Source of the DNA: Candidatus Fimimonas gallinarum
GTDB taxonomy: Bacteria; Bacillota; Clostridia; Christensenellales; CAG-314
NCBI GenBank assembly: GCA_018712065.1
Contig: DVHL01000029.1
Span: 6,222-70,221 of the forward strand
Direction of reading: 5' to 3'
Length of the DNA stretch: 64,000 nt
Position numbers and translations under genes: made by a program. This document shows, one piece after another, positions 1-9,999 of the stretch; position 1 is the stretch's first letter, and every line of letters starts with the position of its first letter. Under the pieces are notes generated by a model. The model was not told the DNA's origin. It was given only the letters and a program-made list of their open reading frames with translations, and made no database searches.

Positions 1-432
1 TTTATTTGCGGGTTCCCGGGCGAAACGGAAGAAACGGTGCAAGAAGTTGCACAGTTTTTACAAAAGTACCGTCTGCGAAACGTCGGTTTTTTTGCCTATT
101 CACGTGAAGAAGGCACTGTCGCCGCAAAAATGCCAAATCAGGTGCATGCGGCAAAGAAAAAAGCGTATGTAAAACAATTATACAAAGTACAGCACAGTGT
201 TGTCGCTCAACTGTTGCAAAACGATATCGGCAAAGTTTATGAGTGCGTTGTCGACCAATTTTCCAACAAAGAAGACAATTTTTACGTCTACAAGGGCAGG
301 ACGGAATTTATGTGTCCGGAAATAGACGGCGTGGTGTACATCTATTCGGCAAAACCGTTAAATGACGGCGACTTTGTAAACGTTAAAATGACTGACGTTT
401 TGGAATATGATTTGATAGGAGAGGTTGTATAA
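1..432 (+). CDS. rimO: Ribosomal protein S12 methylthiotransferase RimO, C-terminal part (5' end lies outside the window)
   Basis: Frame 1 is open from base 1 (FICGFPGETEE...). It shows a radical-SAM MTTase C-terminal region plus a TRAM-like tail (GRTEFMCPEIDGVVY...DFVNVKMTDV). The stop overlaps the pgsA ATG (TAATG). Confidence 0.8.
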   Translation, partial: FICGFPGETEETVQEVAQFLQKYRLRNVGFFAYSREEGTVAAKMPNQVHAAKKKAYVKQLYKVQHSVVAQLLQNDIGKVYECVVDQFSNKEDNFYVYKGRTEFMCPEIDGVVYIYSAKPLNDGDFVNVKMTDVLEYDLIGEVV

Positions 433-1049
433 TGAATTTGCCAAATACTCTTTCTGTGGTAAGAATGTGCATGATACCGCTGTTTATCGTAGCATATTTT
501 CTTTCGCCTGTATGGGCTGTCGTTGTGTTTGTTTTGGCGGCGTTCACCGATTTTTTGGACGGCTACATTGCCAGAAAATACAATATGGTAACGGATTTGG
601 GCAAGTTGCTGGATCCGATGGCGGACAAAGTTTTGGTAACGGCTGCGCTGTTTTGCGTGGTTGGCACAAATCCGTTGCAGTACGGAATGGACGGAAATGC
701 GTCGTCAATATTCCTTATTTGTTGTGCAACGGTAATTATTGCAAGAGAACTGCTTATAAGCGCCGTCCGTATGATTGCCGCATCAAAGGGAATTGTGGTT
801 CAAGCAAACGTTTACGGAAAAATCAAAACGATTTTTCAGGACGTAAGTTTGCCTCTTTTGGTTTTCTGCAAAATAGGGGAAAGATATGTCCCTATATCCA
901 TGGAAAATTGGTGGCAATCGGCAGGAAGATACATTTGCATTGTTGCAAGTGCTTTGTTTGCCGTTGCGACATTGCTCACGATTGTTTCCGGTGTGATTTA
1001 CCTCGTGCAAAACAGAAAAGTGTTTTATGACAGCTCAAAGAAACAGTGA
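432..1049 (+). CDS. pgsA: CDP-diacylglycerol--glycerol-3-phosphate 3-phosphatidyltransferase
   Basis: Carries the CDP-alcohol phosphatidyltransferase motif DFLDGYIARKYNMVTDLGKLLDPMADK. The protein is multi-TM and sits in the rimO-pgsA-cinA-recA context. Confidence 0.9.
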   Translation: MNLPNTLSVVRMCMIPLFIVAYFLSPVWAVVVFVLAAFTDFLDGYIARKYNMVTDLGKLLDPMADKVLVTAALFCVVGTNPLQYGMDGNASSIFLICCATVIIARELLISAVRMIAASKGIVVQANVYGKIKTIFQDVSLPLLVFCKIGERYVPISMENWWQSAGRYICIVASALFAVATLLTIVSGVIYLVQNRKVFYDSSKKQ

Positions 1050-1294
1050 AAGACTAACAACGCAGGGTTGTTAGATGATAATTGCTGTTGAGATTTGCCC
1101 CTCGTCATCTTGCAATTTTATGTTCTTTCCCGTTGTACGGCGCATGTGATGTGTTAACAAAGCGCATCCCGTGTTTCCCGTTTTAACGTGAAAAACCAAA
1201 AGGGTGAAAAGGCTTATCATCAGTTGTACCGAAATGAAGGGGTATTATTCTGAAACATAAATACAGTTAAATTTGAATTTTTAAGGTAGTTCAA

Positions 1295-2503
1295 ATGATA
1301 AGAATTTTAGCAAAAGAATATTCCAACGCCGTTGCGACGCTGTGCGCAAAGTTGGATAAAGAGGCGGCGCAGTACGACGTCTACTACACACGAAGCAGTA
1401 AGGCTTTAAGTGAATTGTTAGTAACATCGGTGGGGCTGACTTCCGTAATGCTGGTTGGCGACACGGGCAAATGGTGCAACACATTTGCACAGACATTCGA
1501 ACTCGCCATGGTGTACGACAAGTTTGCCGAGAAAAACATAAGAGAATACTGCAAAATCTCCGGCGTGTCGGTGCCTGCGCAGTATCTGTTGGACAGGTAT
1601 TGTATGTTACCGGAAACTTTCATCCACTGTGCTCCCGTGTACGGTTTTCAGTGCGGTTGCATAGGGGAATACGGCAAATGCCATGTGTACATTTTGCCCG
1701 ACAACGGAAAAGAGTGCGAAGTCATTTTCGACACGTATATTTCCAAAGATTTATTCAGGGTTTCCTCAAAAGTACCAATCTACACCTACAAAATTTTCGG
1801 TCTTTCCCGCAGGGATCTTGAGGATAAACTGTCCCGTCTGAATGCAAAAATTGTTTCACAGCGCAGTGAAACAAACAGTTTGGACAGCAAAGTTACTCTC
1901 ACTTTTTCATCCAACTGTGCAAAAAAAGTCATTACTGCCTACCTCGATGCTTTCGTCAAGGAATTTGGCGAAAAAATTTATGCCGACAGCGATTGTTCGC
2001 TTGCCGAAACAGTGGTGAAATTGCTCAACGAACGTTACAAAACGGTGGCTACTGCGGAATCCATAACAGGCGGAATGATTGCATCGTCAATAGTGGATGT
2101 GCCCGGTGCAAGCAACGTTTTGCAGGAGGGGTGTGTTACCTATTCCGTCGAGGCAAAATGCCGCAGGTTGGGAATAAGCCCGCACCTTGTGGACGAATAC
2201 GGAGTTGTTTCGGCGCAGGTTGCCAAGGAAATGGCTTTGGCTCAACTGGACAATGCCGATTATTCCGTGGCAACAACAGGCTACGCAGGGCCGCTTGCCG
2301 ACAGAGGAATGCCTGTAGGCTTGTGTTACATAGGCGTCGGGTGCAATAGTGCACGGGGCAAGTCTGTGCGAGTGTACAAAAACGTTTTCGGTGGCGACAG
2401 AAATTCCATAAGACATCAAGTTACGAACACTGCCTTGTATCTTTTGATAAGGTCAATGGTAAATGCAGAGTTCTTTTCCGTTAAAAACAATTTAGGAGAA
2501 TAA
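1295..2503 (+). CDS. cinA: CinA family protein (divergent N-terminal domain plus PncC-like nicotinamide-nucleotide amidase C-terminal domain)
   Basis: The C-terminal half has the CinA signature [35 protein letters not shown]...ATTGYAGP. It lies directly upstream of recA, as in many Firmicutes. An AAGGTAG Shine-Dalgarno (SD) sequence precedes the ATG. Confidence 0.85.
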   Translation: MIRILAKEYSNAVATLCAKLDKEAAQYDVYYTRSSKALSELLVTSVGLTSVMLVGDTGKWCNTFAQTFELAMVYDKFAEKNIREYCKISGVSVPAQYLLDRYCMLPETFIHCAPVYGFQCGCIGEYGKCHVYILPDNGKECEVIFDTYISKDLFRVSSKVPIYTYKIFGLSRRDLEDKLSRLNAKIVSQRSETNSLDSKVTLTFSSNCAKKVITAYLDAFVKEFGEKIYADSDCSLAETVVKLLNERYKTVATAESITGGMIASSIVDVPGASNVLQEGCVTYSVEAKCRRLGISPHLVDEYGVVSAQVAKEMALAQLDNADYSVATTGYAGPLADRGMPVGLCYIGVGCNSARGKSVRVYKNVFGGDRNSIRHQVTNTALYLLIRSMVNAEFFSVKNNLGE

Positions 2504-2508
2504 TTACA

Positions 2509-3519
2509 ATGAACGAAGACAAGAAAAAGGCGCTAGAACAAACGATAATGCAAATTGAAAAAGAGTTTGGCAAAGGCTCGATAATGAAGTTGGGCAGTTA
2601 TGCCGCAACACGCAACATCGACGTTATTCCTACAGGCTGTCTGCCTTTGGACATTGCTTTGGGAGTAGGCGGTTTGCCTCGTGGAAGAATAATCGAAATC
2701 TACGGGCCGGAGGCTTCCGGTAAGACAACCGTAACGCTGCACGTAATTGCGCAGGTGCAAAAAATGGGTGGCACGGCAGCCTTTATCGATGCCGAGCAGG
2801 CGTTGGACCCTGTTTATGCCGCAAATTTGGGAATAAATCTTGACGAACTGTACATTTCACAGCCTGACAGTGGCGAACAGGCTTTGGACATTTTGGATTA
2901 TCTGGTGCGCAGTAACGCCATCGACCTTATTGTCGTTGACTCAGTTGCCGCCCTCACCCCTAAGGCGGAATTGGAAGGGGACATGGGCGACAGTCACATG
3001 GGTGTTCAGGCAAGACTTATGTCGCAGTGCCTGCGCAAAATTATCGCCGTTGGCAACAAGTCAAACACCTGCATAATCTTTATCAACCAGTTGCGTGATA
3101 AAATCGGCGTTATGTTTGGCAATCCCGAAACGACAACGGGAGGCAAAGCACTGAAATTTTACGCCAGCGTGCGTTTGGACGTCAGAAAAATCGATCAGGT
3201 AAAGGACGGTTCGGAGATTGTAGGAAGCAAAACTCGTGTGAAAGTTGTTAAAAACAAGGTTGCTCCTCCTTTCAAAACAGCCGAATTTGAAATAATTTTC
3301 GGCAAAGGCATCTCCAACAGCGGTTGCGTGTTGGATTTGGCTGTGGCAAACGGCATCATTGAAAAGAGCGGTTCGTGGTTCTCTTACAACGGCGAACGTG
3401 TGGGGCAGGGCAGAGAAAATGCCAAGGCATGGTTGGAGAAAAACCCCGAGGTTATGTCTGCAATCGAAGCAAAGGTAAAAGAAGTGTTGCAACCCGCACC
3501 TGCCGAACAGCCCGTGTAA
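2509..3519 (+). CDS. recA: Recombinase RecA
   Basis: Full-length RecA-like sequence with Walker [10 protein letters not shown] and [10 protein letters not shown]. An AGGAG SD sequence is present. Confidence 0.98.
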   Translation: MNEDKKKALEQTIMQIEKEFGKGSIMKLGSYAATRNIDVIPTGCLPLDIALGVGGLPRGRIIEIYGPEASGKTTVTLHVIAQVQKMGGTAAFIDAEQALDPVYAANLGINLDELYISQPDSGEQALDILDYLVRSNAIDLIVVDSVAALTPKAELEGDMGDSHMGVQARLMSQCLRKIIAVGNKSNTCIIFINQLRDKIGVMFGNPETTTGGKALKFYASVRLDVRKIDQVKDGSEIVGSKTRVKVVKNKVAPPFKTAEFEIIFGKGISNSGCVLDLAVANGIIEKSGSWFSYNGERVGQGRENAKAWLEKNPEVMSAIEAKVKEVLQPAPAEQPV

Positions 3520-3560
3520 CCTTTTGAATTAGTAAATTCTTTTTGAATACTGCATTACAA

Positions 3561-3590
3561 AAGACATCGCAAACAAGCGGTGTCTTTTTG
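3561..3590 (+). terminator. Rho-independent terminator after recA
   Basis: Hairpin AGACATCGC-aaacaa-GCGGTGTCT followed by TTTTTG. Confidence 0.7.
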
Positions 3591-3812
3591 CATTATTTAA
3601 GATGAAAACTAAAATTTTGTTTTTCCGCTGTTCCGACTGTTCAACACACCCAATTTGTGATTTTCTGCAATACAATTTGTGAAAAAGCCATATCCCTGCC
3701 AATCGTACGCATTGCCGTTGCAACAGTGATGAACGATTTTCAACTTTCAGAAGAGCAAATGTAATTTTTTTGTTGTCTGCCCTGCGAAAATCGACGAACT
3801 ACTTTGAAATTT

Positions 3813-3850
3813 AGTATTCTATGAAATACTATTACACACATAGTAGTGCG
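3813..3850 (-). repeat. Weaker copy of the dispersed intergenic repeat family (copy n)
   Basis: AGTATTCT...ACTATTACACACATAGT. The palindromic-arm core ACTAT-N7-ATAGT has one change from ACTATTACAGACATAGT. Located in the recA-rny intergenic region. Confidence 0.5.
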
Positions 3851-4101
3851 ATAGTTGTTATTTTCAGACGAATTTTTATTATTGTTTCAATTGTTTACAA
3901 TCAAAAGGTCAATGTTTGCAACAATTTGCCATTTTAAGAATTGGAATATTGTATAATGCCGAAAAAATATTTCGTCAGTAGGGTGTCCCAAAAATATTTA
4001 CGTAACAACAAAATTTTGCGTTATTTCCGTACTCGATGTTGTAAACCTTTGTTTTGTACTATTTTTATACCAAATTTTTGCATTTTATTTACCGATAGGT
4101 A

Positions 4102-4130
4102 TTGACATATAGCTTTAAATTCATTAAAAT
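4102..4130 (+). promoter_or_regulatory. Sigma-A type promoter for rny
   Basis: TTGACA-17 nt-TAAAAT, about 50 nt upstream of the rny start. Confidence 0.6.
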
Positions 4131-4178
4131 AATATAGGTGAACTTTGTGTTCACTGTAAATTAAGGAGGAATCAGATA

Positions 4179-5777
4179 ATGACCACGTTATTGTTCTTCC
4201 TTGCTTCAACAGATTTACTTTCTTGGTTAATTCCCCTCGTTTGCGTTGTCTGCCTTGGCGGTGGCGGCGTTGCAGGAGCATTAGTTTATAGAAGTTACCG
4301 AAACAAACAAGTTGGCACAACTCAGGAGCAGGTGTCCGCAATGTTGGACGTTGCCAAAGAAGAAGCCAAAACGTTGAAAAAGGAAGCCATTGCAGAGGCA
4401 AGAGAAGAAACTCAAAAGTTAAAAAACGAACAAGAACGTCAGTTCAGAGAACGCAACAGCGAACTTCAGAAACAGGAAAACCGAATGCATCAAAAAGAAG
4501 AGGCATTGGACAAAAAAGAAGAAATGTTTTTGAAAAAGTTGGATCAGATAGACGTTCAGCAAAAGCAAATTACCGAAAAGCTGCAGGATTTGTCCAGACG
4601 CCAACAGGAATTGGAAAAATCCGAAGAAAAGAAGCGTCTGGAATTGGAAAGAGTTGCCGCCCTCACCCGTGAGGAAGCAAAGCAGATGCTTGTGGATATG
4701 ATGGTTTCCGACGCTCGCAAAGACGCTGCCGGGCTGGTTCGCAAGATTGAAACGGAAGCCAAGGAAAACGGCGAGCAGAAAGCCCGTGAAATCATTGCTA
4801 CGGCAATTCAGCGTTGTGCCAGCGAACAGGTAAGCGAAGCCACCGTAACAACGGTAGCCATTCCCAACGACGAAATGAAGGGACGCCTCATAGGACGTGA
4901 AGGACGAAACATTCGTGCTTTGGAAAATGCCACGGGTGTGGAACTTATCATTGACGACACCCCCGAAGTTGTCATCCTTTCGGGTTTTGATCCGGTAAGA
5001 CGTCAAATTGCCCGCATTGCCATCGAAAAACTCGTTGCCGACGGACGTATTCATCCGGCACGCATCGAGGAAATGGTGGAAAAAGTCAAACGTGACATTG
5101 ACATCACCATTAAAGACGCAGGCGAAGCCGCATCTTTCGATACAGGGGTATTCGGCTTGCATCCCGAACTTATCAAATTGTTGGGCAGATTGAAGTACCG
5201 CACAAGTTACGGACAAAATGTTTTGAATCACTCTATTGAAGTGAGTTACATTGCAGGAATGCTTGCATCGGAACTCGGCTTGGACGTTGCCCTTGCAAAA
5301 CGTGGCGCACTGCTTCACGACATAGGCAAAGCGGTGGACCAGGAAATCGAAGGCACACACATGCAAATCGGTGCCGACATTGCCAAAAAGTACAAAGAAA
5401 GCAAGGAAGTTGTCAACTGCATTGCATCTCACCACGGTGACGTAGAGGCGATGACGGTTGAAGCTGTGATTGTTGCTGCAGCCGACGCTATCAGCGGAGC
5501 AAGACCCGGCGCAAGGCGTGAATCGGTGGAAAACTACGTAAAACGTCTGGAAAAGTTGGAAGAAATTGCAAACTCTTTCAACGGCGTTCAGAAATCCTAT
5601 GCCGTACAGGCGGGACGTGAAATTCGCATAATCGTAAAACCCGAAGTGGTCAACGACGAAACAACAGTGTTGCTGGCGCATGACATTGCAAGAAAAATCG
5701 AAAGCGAATTGGAATATCCCGGTCAAATCAAAGTCAACGTTATTCGTGAAACCCGCAGCGTAGACATTGCAAAATAG
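4179..5777 (+). CDS. rny: Ribonuclease Y
   Basis: N-terminal TM segment, long coiled-coil (E/K/Q-rich), KH domain ([15 protein letters not shown]) and HD domain (LLHDIGK). A strong AAGGAGG SD sequence is present. Confidence 0.95.
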   Translation: MTTLLFFLASTDLLSWLIPLVCVVCLGGGGVAGALVYRSYRNKQVGTTQEQVSAMLDVAKEEAKTLKKEAIAEAREETQKLKNEQERQFRERNSELQKQENRMHQKEEALDKKEEMFLKKLDQIDVQQKQITEKLQDLSRRQQELEKSEEKKRLELERVAALTREEAKQMLVDMMVSDARKDAAGLVRKIETEAKENGEQKAREIIATAIQRCASEQVSEATVTTVAIPNDEMKGRLIGREGRNIRALENATGVELIIDDTPEVVILSGFDPVRRQIARIAIEKLVADGRIHPARIEEMVEKVKRDIDITIKDAGEAASFDTGVFGLHPELIKLLGRLKYRTSYGQNVLNHSIEVSYIAGMLASELGLDVALAKRGALLHDIGKAVDQEIEGTHMQIGADIAKKYKESKEVVNCIASHHGDVEAMTVEAVIVAAADAISGARPGARRESVENYVKRLEKLEEIANSFNGVQKSYAVQAGREIRIIVKPEVVNDETTVLLAHDIARKIESELEYPGQIKVNVIRETRSVDIAK

Positions 5778-5789
5778 AATGGGAAAGTA

Positions 5790-5825
5790 AAAGAGCAGAG
5801 AAAAATCTCTGCTCTTTTATTTTGT
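5790..5825 (+). terminator. Rho-independent terminator after rny
   Basis: AGAGCAGAG-aaaaat-CTCTGCTCT followed by a T-run. Confidence 0.75.
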
Positions 5826-6060
5826 TGTTTTACAATGTTTTAAATTCAGATGAGTACAGTTTGCCTGTAGATAGAAACGGTAGATAACAGTAATTTTATC
5901 AGTTAAGTTACTGCTTTTACATTGTTTGTTGGTTTGTCGATTGTCGGAAATTTCGTTTAATTGTCAAGTTGTTTTAGTATTAAAAAATTACAGCAATTAG
6001 TTTCTGGTCTTCAATTTTTCTGCATCTGATATTGTACGTTGTAATGTAACCGTACAAACA

Positions 6061-6089
6061 AAAAAAGCAGTCTGAAAACAGACTGCTTT
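6061..6089 (-). terminator. Terminator downstream of tRNA-Trp (hairpin flanked by A-run and T-run, potentially bidirectional)
   Basis: GCAGTCTG-aaaa-CAGACTGC, with T6 following on the minus strand. Confidence 0.7.
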
Positions 6090-6164
6090 TGGCAGGGGAG
6101 ACGCGATTCGAACACGCAACCGACGGTTTTGGAGACCGTTGCTCTACCGTTGAGCCACTCCCCT
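6090..6164 (-). tRNA. trnW: tRNA-Trp (anticodon CCA), CCA end encoded
   Basis: The reverse complement folds as a cloverleaf: acceptor AGGGGAG/CTCCCCT and anticodon stem ACGGT/ACCGT with loop CTCCAAA. The T-loop is GTTCGAAT. Confidence 0.9.
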
Positions 6165-6183
6165 AAATTTTTTGCAAATTCCG

Positions 6184-6212
6184 TTGCAAAATGCTAGCTT
6201 TCTTATTATAAT
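6184..6212 (+). promoter_or_regulatory. Sigma-A type promoter for rnhA
   Basis: TTGCAA-17 nt-TATAAT. It overlaps the divergent tRNA-Trp promoter. Confidence 0.55.
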
Positions 6213-6233
6213 AAAAGAAGAAAATAATGTCAA
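6205..6233 (-). promoter_or_regulatory. Consensus sigma-A promoter for tRNA-Trp
   Basis: On the minus strand, TTGACA-17 nt-TATAAT, about 35-40 nt upstream of the mature tRNA 5' end. Confidence 0.7.
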
Positions 6234-6261
6234 ATAATTACAGCAAATTAGCGGTGAAAAT

Positions 6262-6732
6262 ATGAAAAAAGTAACAATCTACACAGACGGTGCTTGCTCG
6301 GGAAATCCCGGCGTCGGCGGCTGGGCGGCAGTGCTGGAATACAAAGGAAAACAAAAGGAAATCAGCGGCAGCGATGGCGAAACTACCAACAACAGAATGG
6401 AAATGTATGCCGTCATTCAGGCATTGCGAACTTTGAAAGAAAGTTGTCAATGTCTTGTGCACAGCGACTCGCAGTACGTTGTCGACGCATTCAATTCCGA
6501 TTGGGTTACTTCATGGCAAAACAACGGTTGGCGAACGGCATCTAAAAGTCCGGTGAAAAACGTCGATTTGTGGAAAGCCTTGCTTTTTGAAATGGGAAAG
6601 CACAGCGTTACTTTTGTCAAAGTCAAGGGGCATGCCGACGACCTTTTAAACGAGCGGTGCGACAAACTTGCAAAAGCCGCTATCGAAGAGTATCAAAAGA
6701 CGCATGGGGCTAAACAAGCACCTGAACAATAA
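6262..6732 (+). CDS. rnhA: Ribonuclease HI
   Basis: YTDGACSGNPGVGGWAAVL...TNNRMEMYAVIQAL...SDSQYV...KVKGHADDLLNERCDKLA, typical of RNase H1. Confidence 0.9.
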   Translation: MKKVTIYTDGACSGNPGVGGWAAVLEYKGKQKEISGSDGETTNNRMEMYAVIQALRTLKESCQCLVHSDSQYVVDAFNSDWVTSWQNNGWRTASKSPVKNVDLWKALLFEMGKHSVTFVKVKGHADDLLNERCDKLAKAAIEEYQKTHGAKQAPEQ

Positions 6733-6755
6733 AAATTTCAATTTTGTAAAATAGT

Positions 6756-7574
6756 ATGACAGACATAGAATTAAAAGACGACGCTGAAATAGTGCGAGAA
6801 AATTACAATAAGAATGCCGAAAAGGAATGGCAACGTCTTGAGGGATTCAGTTTTGAATTTGAAATAACCAAACGCTTTTTGAAAAAGTACATGCACGGTA
6901 AAACAGTATTGGACATAGGTGGCGGTCCGGGCAGATACAGTATTTATTTGGCACAGCAAGGTTTCGATGTTACAATGGTGGATTTGAGTGAAAACAACAT
7001 TGCCATTGCCAAAGAGAAGTTTTCTCAATACGGCGTGAATGTCAATGCGTACGTGTGCGATGCAAGAAATCTTTCCTGCCTTAATCTGGGCAAATTTGAC
7101 AACGTTTTGCTTATGGGACCTCTGTATCACCTTACAGACGAAGAGGATAGGGCGGCATGCGTACTTCAGGCGAAACAACATCTTTCCGAAAACGGCGTTT
7201 TGTTCGCCTCTTTCATAACGCTCACAGCGGGATTAAACTATTACTTTGACCATGCGCCTGATCAGTTGATAAACGAACCTGCGTTGGATTTATTTGACCG
7301 AATGGAAAAGGATGAATCATGGTCTGGAATGGCATTCACTCGGGCATTTTTCGTTAACAGCAGAGAGGTTTTGCCGTTTTTTGAGAAGTTGGGATTCGAA
7401 AAGATAACTTTGTTGGGACAGGAAGGAATTGTCGGTCCTCGCCTGGGCGAAATAGAGTGTGCCGACGAAAAGGTAAGACGGCTGTATTTTGACATTTGTT
7501 TGCGTGTGTGCGAAAATCCGCAGTACTTTGCATACAGCCAACACTTGCTTTATATAGGAAAAGCAAAGAGGTAA
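6756..7574 (+). CDS. Class I SAM-dependent methyltransferase
   Basis: SAM-binding motif VLDIGGGPGRYSIYLAQQGFDVTMVDLS. The substrate cannot be inferred. Confidence 0.8.
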   Translation: MTDIELKDDAEIVRENYNKNAEKEWQRLEGFSFEFEITKRFLKKYMHGKTVLDIGGGPGRYSIYLAQQGFDVTMVDLSENNIAIAKEKFSQYGVNVNAYVCDARNLSCLNLGKFDNVLLMGPLYHLTDEEDRAACVLQAKQHLSENGVLFASFITLTAGLNYYFDHAPDQLINEPALDLFDRMEKDESWSGMAFTRAFFVNSREVLPFFEKLGFEKITLLGQEGIVGPRLGEIECADEKVRRLYFDICLRVCENPQYFAYSQHLLYIGKAKR

Positions 7575-7665
7575 TTTTTTTACTTCACGGCTTATCGTTA
7601 ACGTATTAAGTCCAGTCACAATGTTTTAAGTTTAATTGCGTATAACACAACTTAATTGAATTATT

Positions 7666-7700
7666 AAAAAAAAGTATCCGTGATTTACGGATACTTTTTA
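7666..7700. terminator. Bidirectional terminator between convergent methyltransferase and PadR genes
   Basis: A-run, AGTATCCG-tgattta-CGGATACT, then T-run. Confidence 0.75.
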
Positions 7701-7753
7701 CATTAATTGTGTTTGTCAACAATTACGTTTCTAGCAGTGTGTTGAAATTGAAA

Positions 7754-9127
7754 TCAGTACTTTTTGTAAAAGTAGTTGTAAATGCTGACGTAAACGGGAA
7801 GCAAAATGGCTATTCCCGTAGGAATGAGAATTTGTTTTGATACCGCAACATAGTCGTTGAGTTCTATTTTGGCAATAATGCTCAGTCCTATTGAAAACAA
7901 AACAATTATCGCCGCAAGGGTAGCCGTTGCCGTCAGAAACCGTCCGAACATAAACTTGGGTTTTTCCTTTCTGGACGGATCGTACAAAGCGTAAAAGGTA
8001 AGCGCTATCGGGAAAAGAGCCAACACGGCAAGAGTTATCAAAAACGGTTGCCAGTTGTTGTTGGCAATGGACGTGAAAATGAGTATTGCAAAGTACACTG
8101 CAGCCACGGCGAAAGTCAGCCATGCCGTTTTGCACAAAATGCTTGCGTTTGGCATTAGCGTTTTTGACTTGTAGTTTGCGGAAGCATGGTTGTAGATGCG
8201 CATTCTTATTCCTTCTTTTGCCATGCTTTCTGCAACGTCTTCCAACGCAACAGGGTGATCGGTGTAGTACTTTTGCGCACCTTCCTGCTGTTCGTTGCTG
8301 AACTGCTGCATTTCGTCCAACTGATCGCCAACAACTTTCATCAATACATGTTGATAGTTTTCGCTGGATTCCGATTCGGGCGTTTCTCTGCTTGCGGAAA
8401 CAGAGCGAGCGCGCTCTTCGAATTTCAGCAAAAAGTCTTCGGCATCGTCCTGGTTTACATCAAACTTGGATTTGTGGTCTTCCTTTTCTTCTACCGTTTC
8501 AACGGCAGTGGTGGCAACGACGGTTTCCTGCGGTTGAGGTGCAGGTTCTTCCTCAACATAAGCGGGGGCTTCCTGCTCTTCGTAGATTACCTGTTTTTCT
8601 TGTTGCTTAACGTCCGAATAAGACTCCGACTCTTCCTGTGTTTTTCCTATCAGTGCGTCAAGTTGACGTGCAATTTCGTCTTGTTCGTCTATTGCTGCCG
8701 AACGGATTGGCTTTTGGGGTTTCTGTTTGTGTTTTTCGCCAAACAGTGGCGTTACGTCCTCCTGCGAAACTTCCAACGTGTTTTCGGATGTGTCCACAAG
8801 AGTGCTTAAAACTGTCTTGTGGTATTCCCATTCCGCCATAAACTGTTCGCAATCCCGTTTTCCTTTGGGTGTCAGTTTGTAGTACCGTCTGCGTCCGCCG
8901 TTGGACTCCGTGCCCCAATAGGATTCAATCTGTTGTTGCTGTTCCAAACGTTTAAGGTACGAATACAAAGTGGGTTGTTTGATTTCGTATTTATTGTCCG
9001 TGCGTTCCTTTATTTCTTTTGCAATTTCGTAGCCGTACTTGTCGCCGCTTTTTCCGTCTTTTCCGTAAAGCGAGCACAAGATAATGGTATTGATGTTGCC
9101 TTTAAGGAACGAAAAATCTCCGCTCAT
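7754..9127 (-). CDS. PadR-family transcriptional regulator fused to an acidic linker and a C-terminal about-4-TM membrane domain
   Basis: The N-terminus has a PadR winged helix (YGYEIAKEIKERT...KQPTLYSYLKRLEQQ...RRYYKLTPKGK). The middle about 200 aa are E/D/Q-rich. The C-terminal about 150 aa have 4 hydrophobic helices. A GGAGG SD sequence is present. Confidence 0.8.
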   Translation of the reverse strand: MSGDFSFLKGNINTIILCSLYGKDGKSGDKYGYEIAKEIKERTDNKYEIKQPTLYSYLKRLEQQQQIESYWGTESNGGRRRYYKLTPKGKRDCEQFMAEWEYHKTVLSTLVDTSENTLEVSQEDVTPLFGEKHKQKPQKPIRSAAIDEQDEIARQLDALIGKTQEESESYSDVKQQEKQVIYEEQEAPAYVEEEPAPQPQETVVATTAVETVEEKEDHKSKFDVNQDDAEDFLLKFEERARSVSASRETPESESSENYQHVLMKVVGDQLDEMQQFSNEQQEGAQKYYTDHPVALEDVAESMAKEGIRMRIYNHASANYKSKTLMPNASILCKTAWLTFAVAAVYFAILIFTSIANNNWQPFLITLAVLALFPIALTFYALYDPSRKEKPKFMFGRFLTATATLAAIIVLFSIGLSIIAKIELNDYVAVSKQILIPTGIAILLPVYVSIYNYFYKKY

Positions 9128-9186
9128 TATTCTGTGCCTCCTTGCAACAATTTTACGTTATTGCCAACGATTTGTCAATATCTAAT

Positions 9187-9220
9187 AATACTATTTGTGA
9201 CATAGTATCTGTATTTTTGT
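9187..9220 (+). repeat. Weaker copy of the dispersed intergenic repeat family (copy g)
   Basis: ATACTATTTGTGACATAGTATCTGTATTTTTG, with the ACTAT-N7-ATAGT arms conserved. Located in the divergent PadR/DUF45 intergenic region. Confidence 0.5.
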
Positions 9221-9297
9221 AAGTTTTTGTGATTTTCGGCAAAATTTTGCAAAACTTAGACAAAATTAAACACGCAAAATGTGATAAACAGAATGTT

Positions 9298-9999
9298 ATG
9301 AAAGTAGTAGTCTGCCGAACTAACAAAAAAATATTTTCCATAAAGGTTGAAAAAGACGTCGTTAAGGTTACGGCTTTCAGAAAAATGACGTTGGAAGAAA
9401 TTAAACAACGTGTTTCGGACAAACGTGAGTGGATAAATTCCCGAAGGAAAAGTTTTTCAAAGGAAAGTTGCAACGCAGGCAAAAGCCGAGAAAACAACCC
9501 CGACAGCGTTGTGGCACAGATGTTTTGCGGAAAAAAATGTTTGTTGGCAGGAAATACCTTTGAGGTGGTGCAAACAACGGAAAGTCGGTGCTTTTTGGAT
9601 GGCGACAAGGTGTGTGTGCCGGAAAAATACTACGCATCAAAGGAATTACGGCTTAAAGCATTGCGATCATTTGTTAAAAAATTGTCATTGCAAAACATAT
9701 CTACGGAAGTGTCCAAGTTCGGGTGCTTTGTTTCGTTGTGTCCCACAAAAATAGAATTCAAAAACCTGTCCAACGGATGGCTTAAATGTTCCAACCCCCG
9801 AGACAGAATAATTACCTTTGATTTTCGCATTTGTCAGTTGCCGGAAAATTTGCAACGCTACCTCATTGTGCATGCTTTTTGTCACTTCTTGTACGAAGGG
9901 CATGACGCATCTTTTTGGAATGCGGTTTCAAACCATATTCCGCAATACAGGCAGTATGTTGAAGCACTGGCTTACTACGACTTTCTGAAAGATATTTGA
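9298..9999 (+). CDS. YgjP/DUF45-like (M48-related) metal-dependent hydrolase homolog with degenerate HExxH (HAFCH)
   Basis: VHAFCHFLYEGHDASFWNAV matches the DUF45 pattern HELxHxxxxNHxxxFW, except E is replaced by A. The start is chosen at the ATG at 9298 (MKVVVCRTNKKIFSIKV...); the ORF is open from 9229. Confidence 0.7.
   Translation: MKVVVCRTNKKIFSIKVEKDVVKVTAFRKMTLEEIKQRVSDKREWINSRRKSFSKESCNAGKSRENNPDSVVAQMFCGKKCLLAGNTFEVVQTTESRCFLDGDKVCVPEKYYASKELRLKALRSFVKKLSLQNISTEVSKFGCFVSLCPTKIEFKNLSNGWLKCSNPRDRIITFDFRICQLPENLQRYLIVHAFCHFLYEGHDASFWNAVSNHIPQYRQYVEALAYYDFLKDI

Noticed and set aside
4419-5726. Long antisense ORFs opposite well-recognised genes. Examples: 4419-5726 (opposite rny), 26061-26891 (miaB), 32857-34101 and 34444-35595 (mutS2), 51142-52158 (spoIIAB/sigF), 57107-58300 (der), 59526-60611 (rluA-like), 14872-15933 (recombinase), 39796-40740 (pheT/pheS).
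   Set aside because: In each case the opposite strand encodes a full-length, motif-bearing conserved protein. The antisense translations are F/V/H/C-rich, lack SD sequences and match no family I know. They are typical shadow ORFs.
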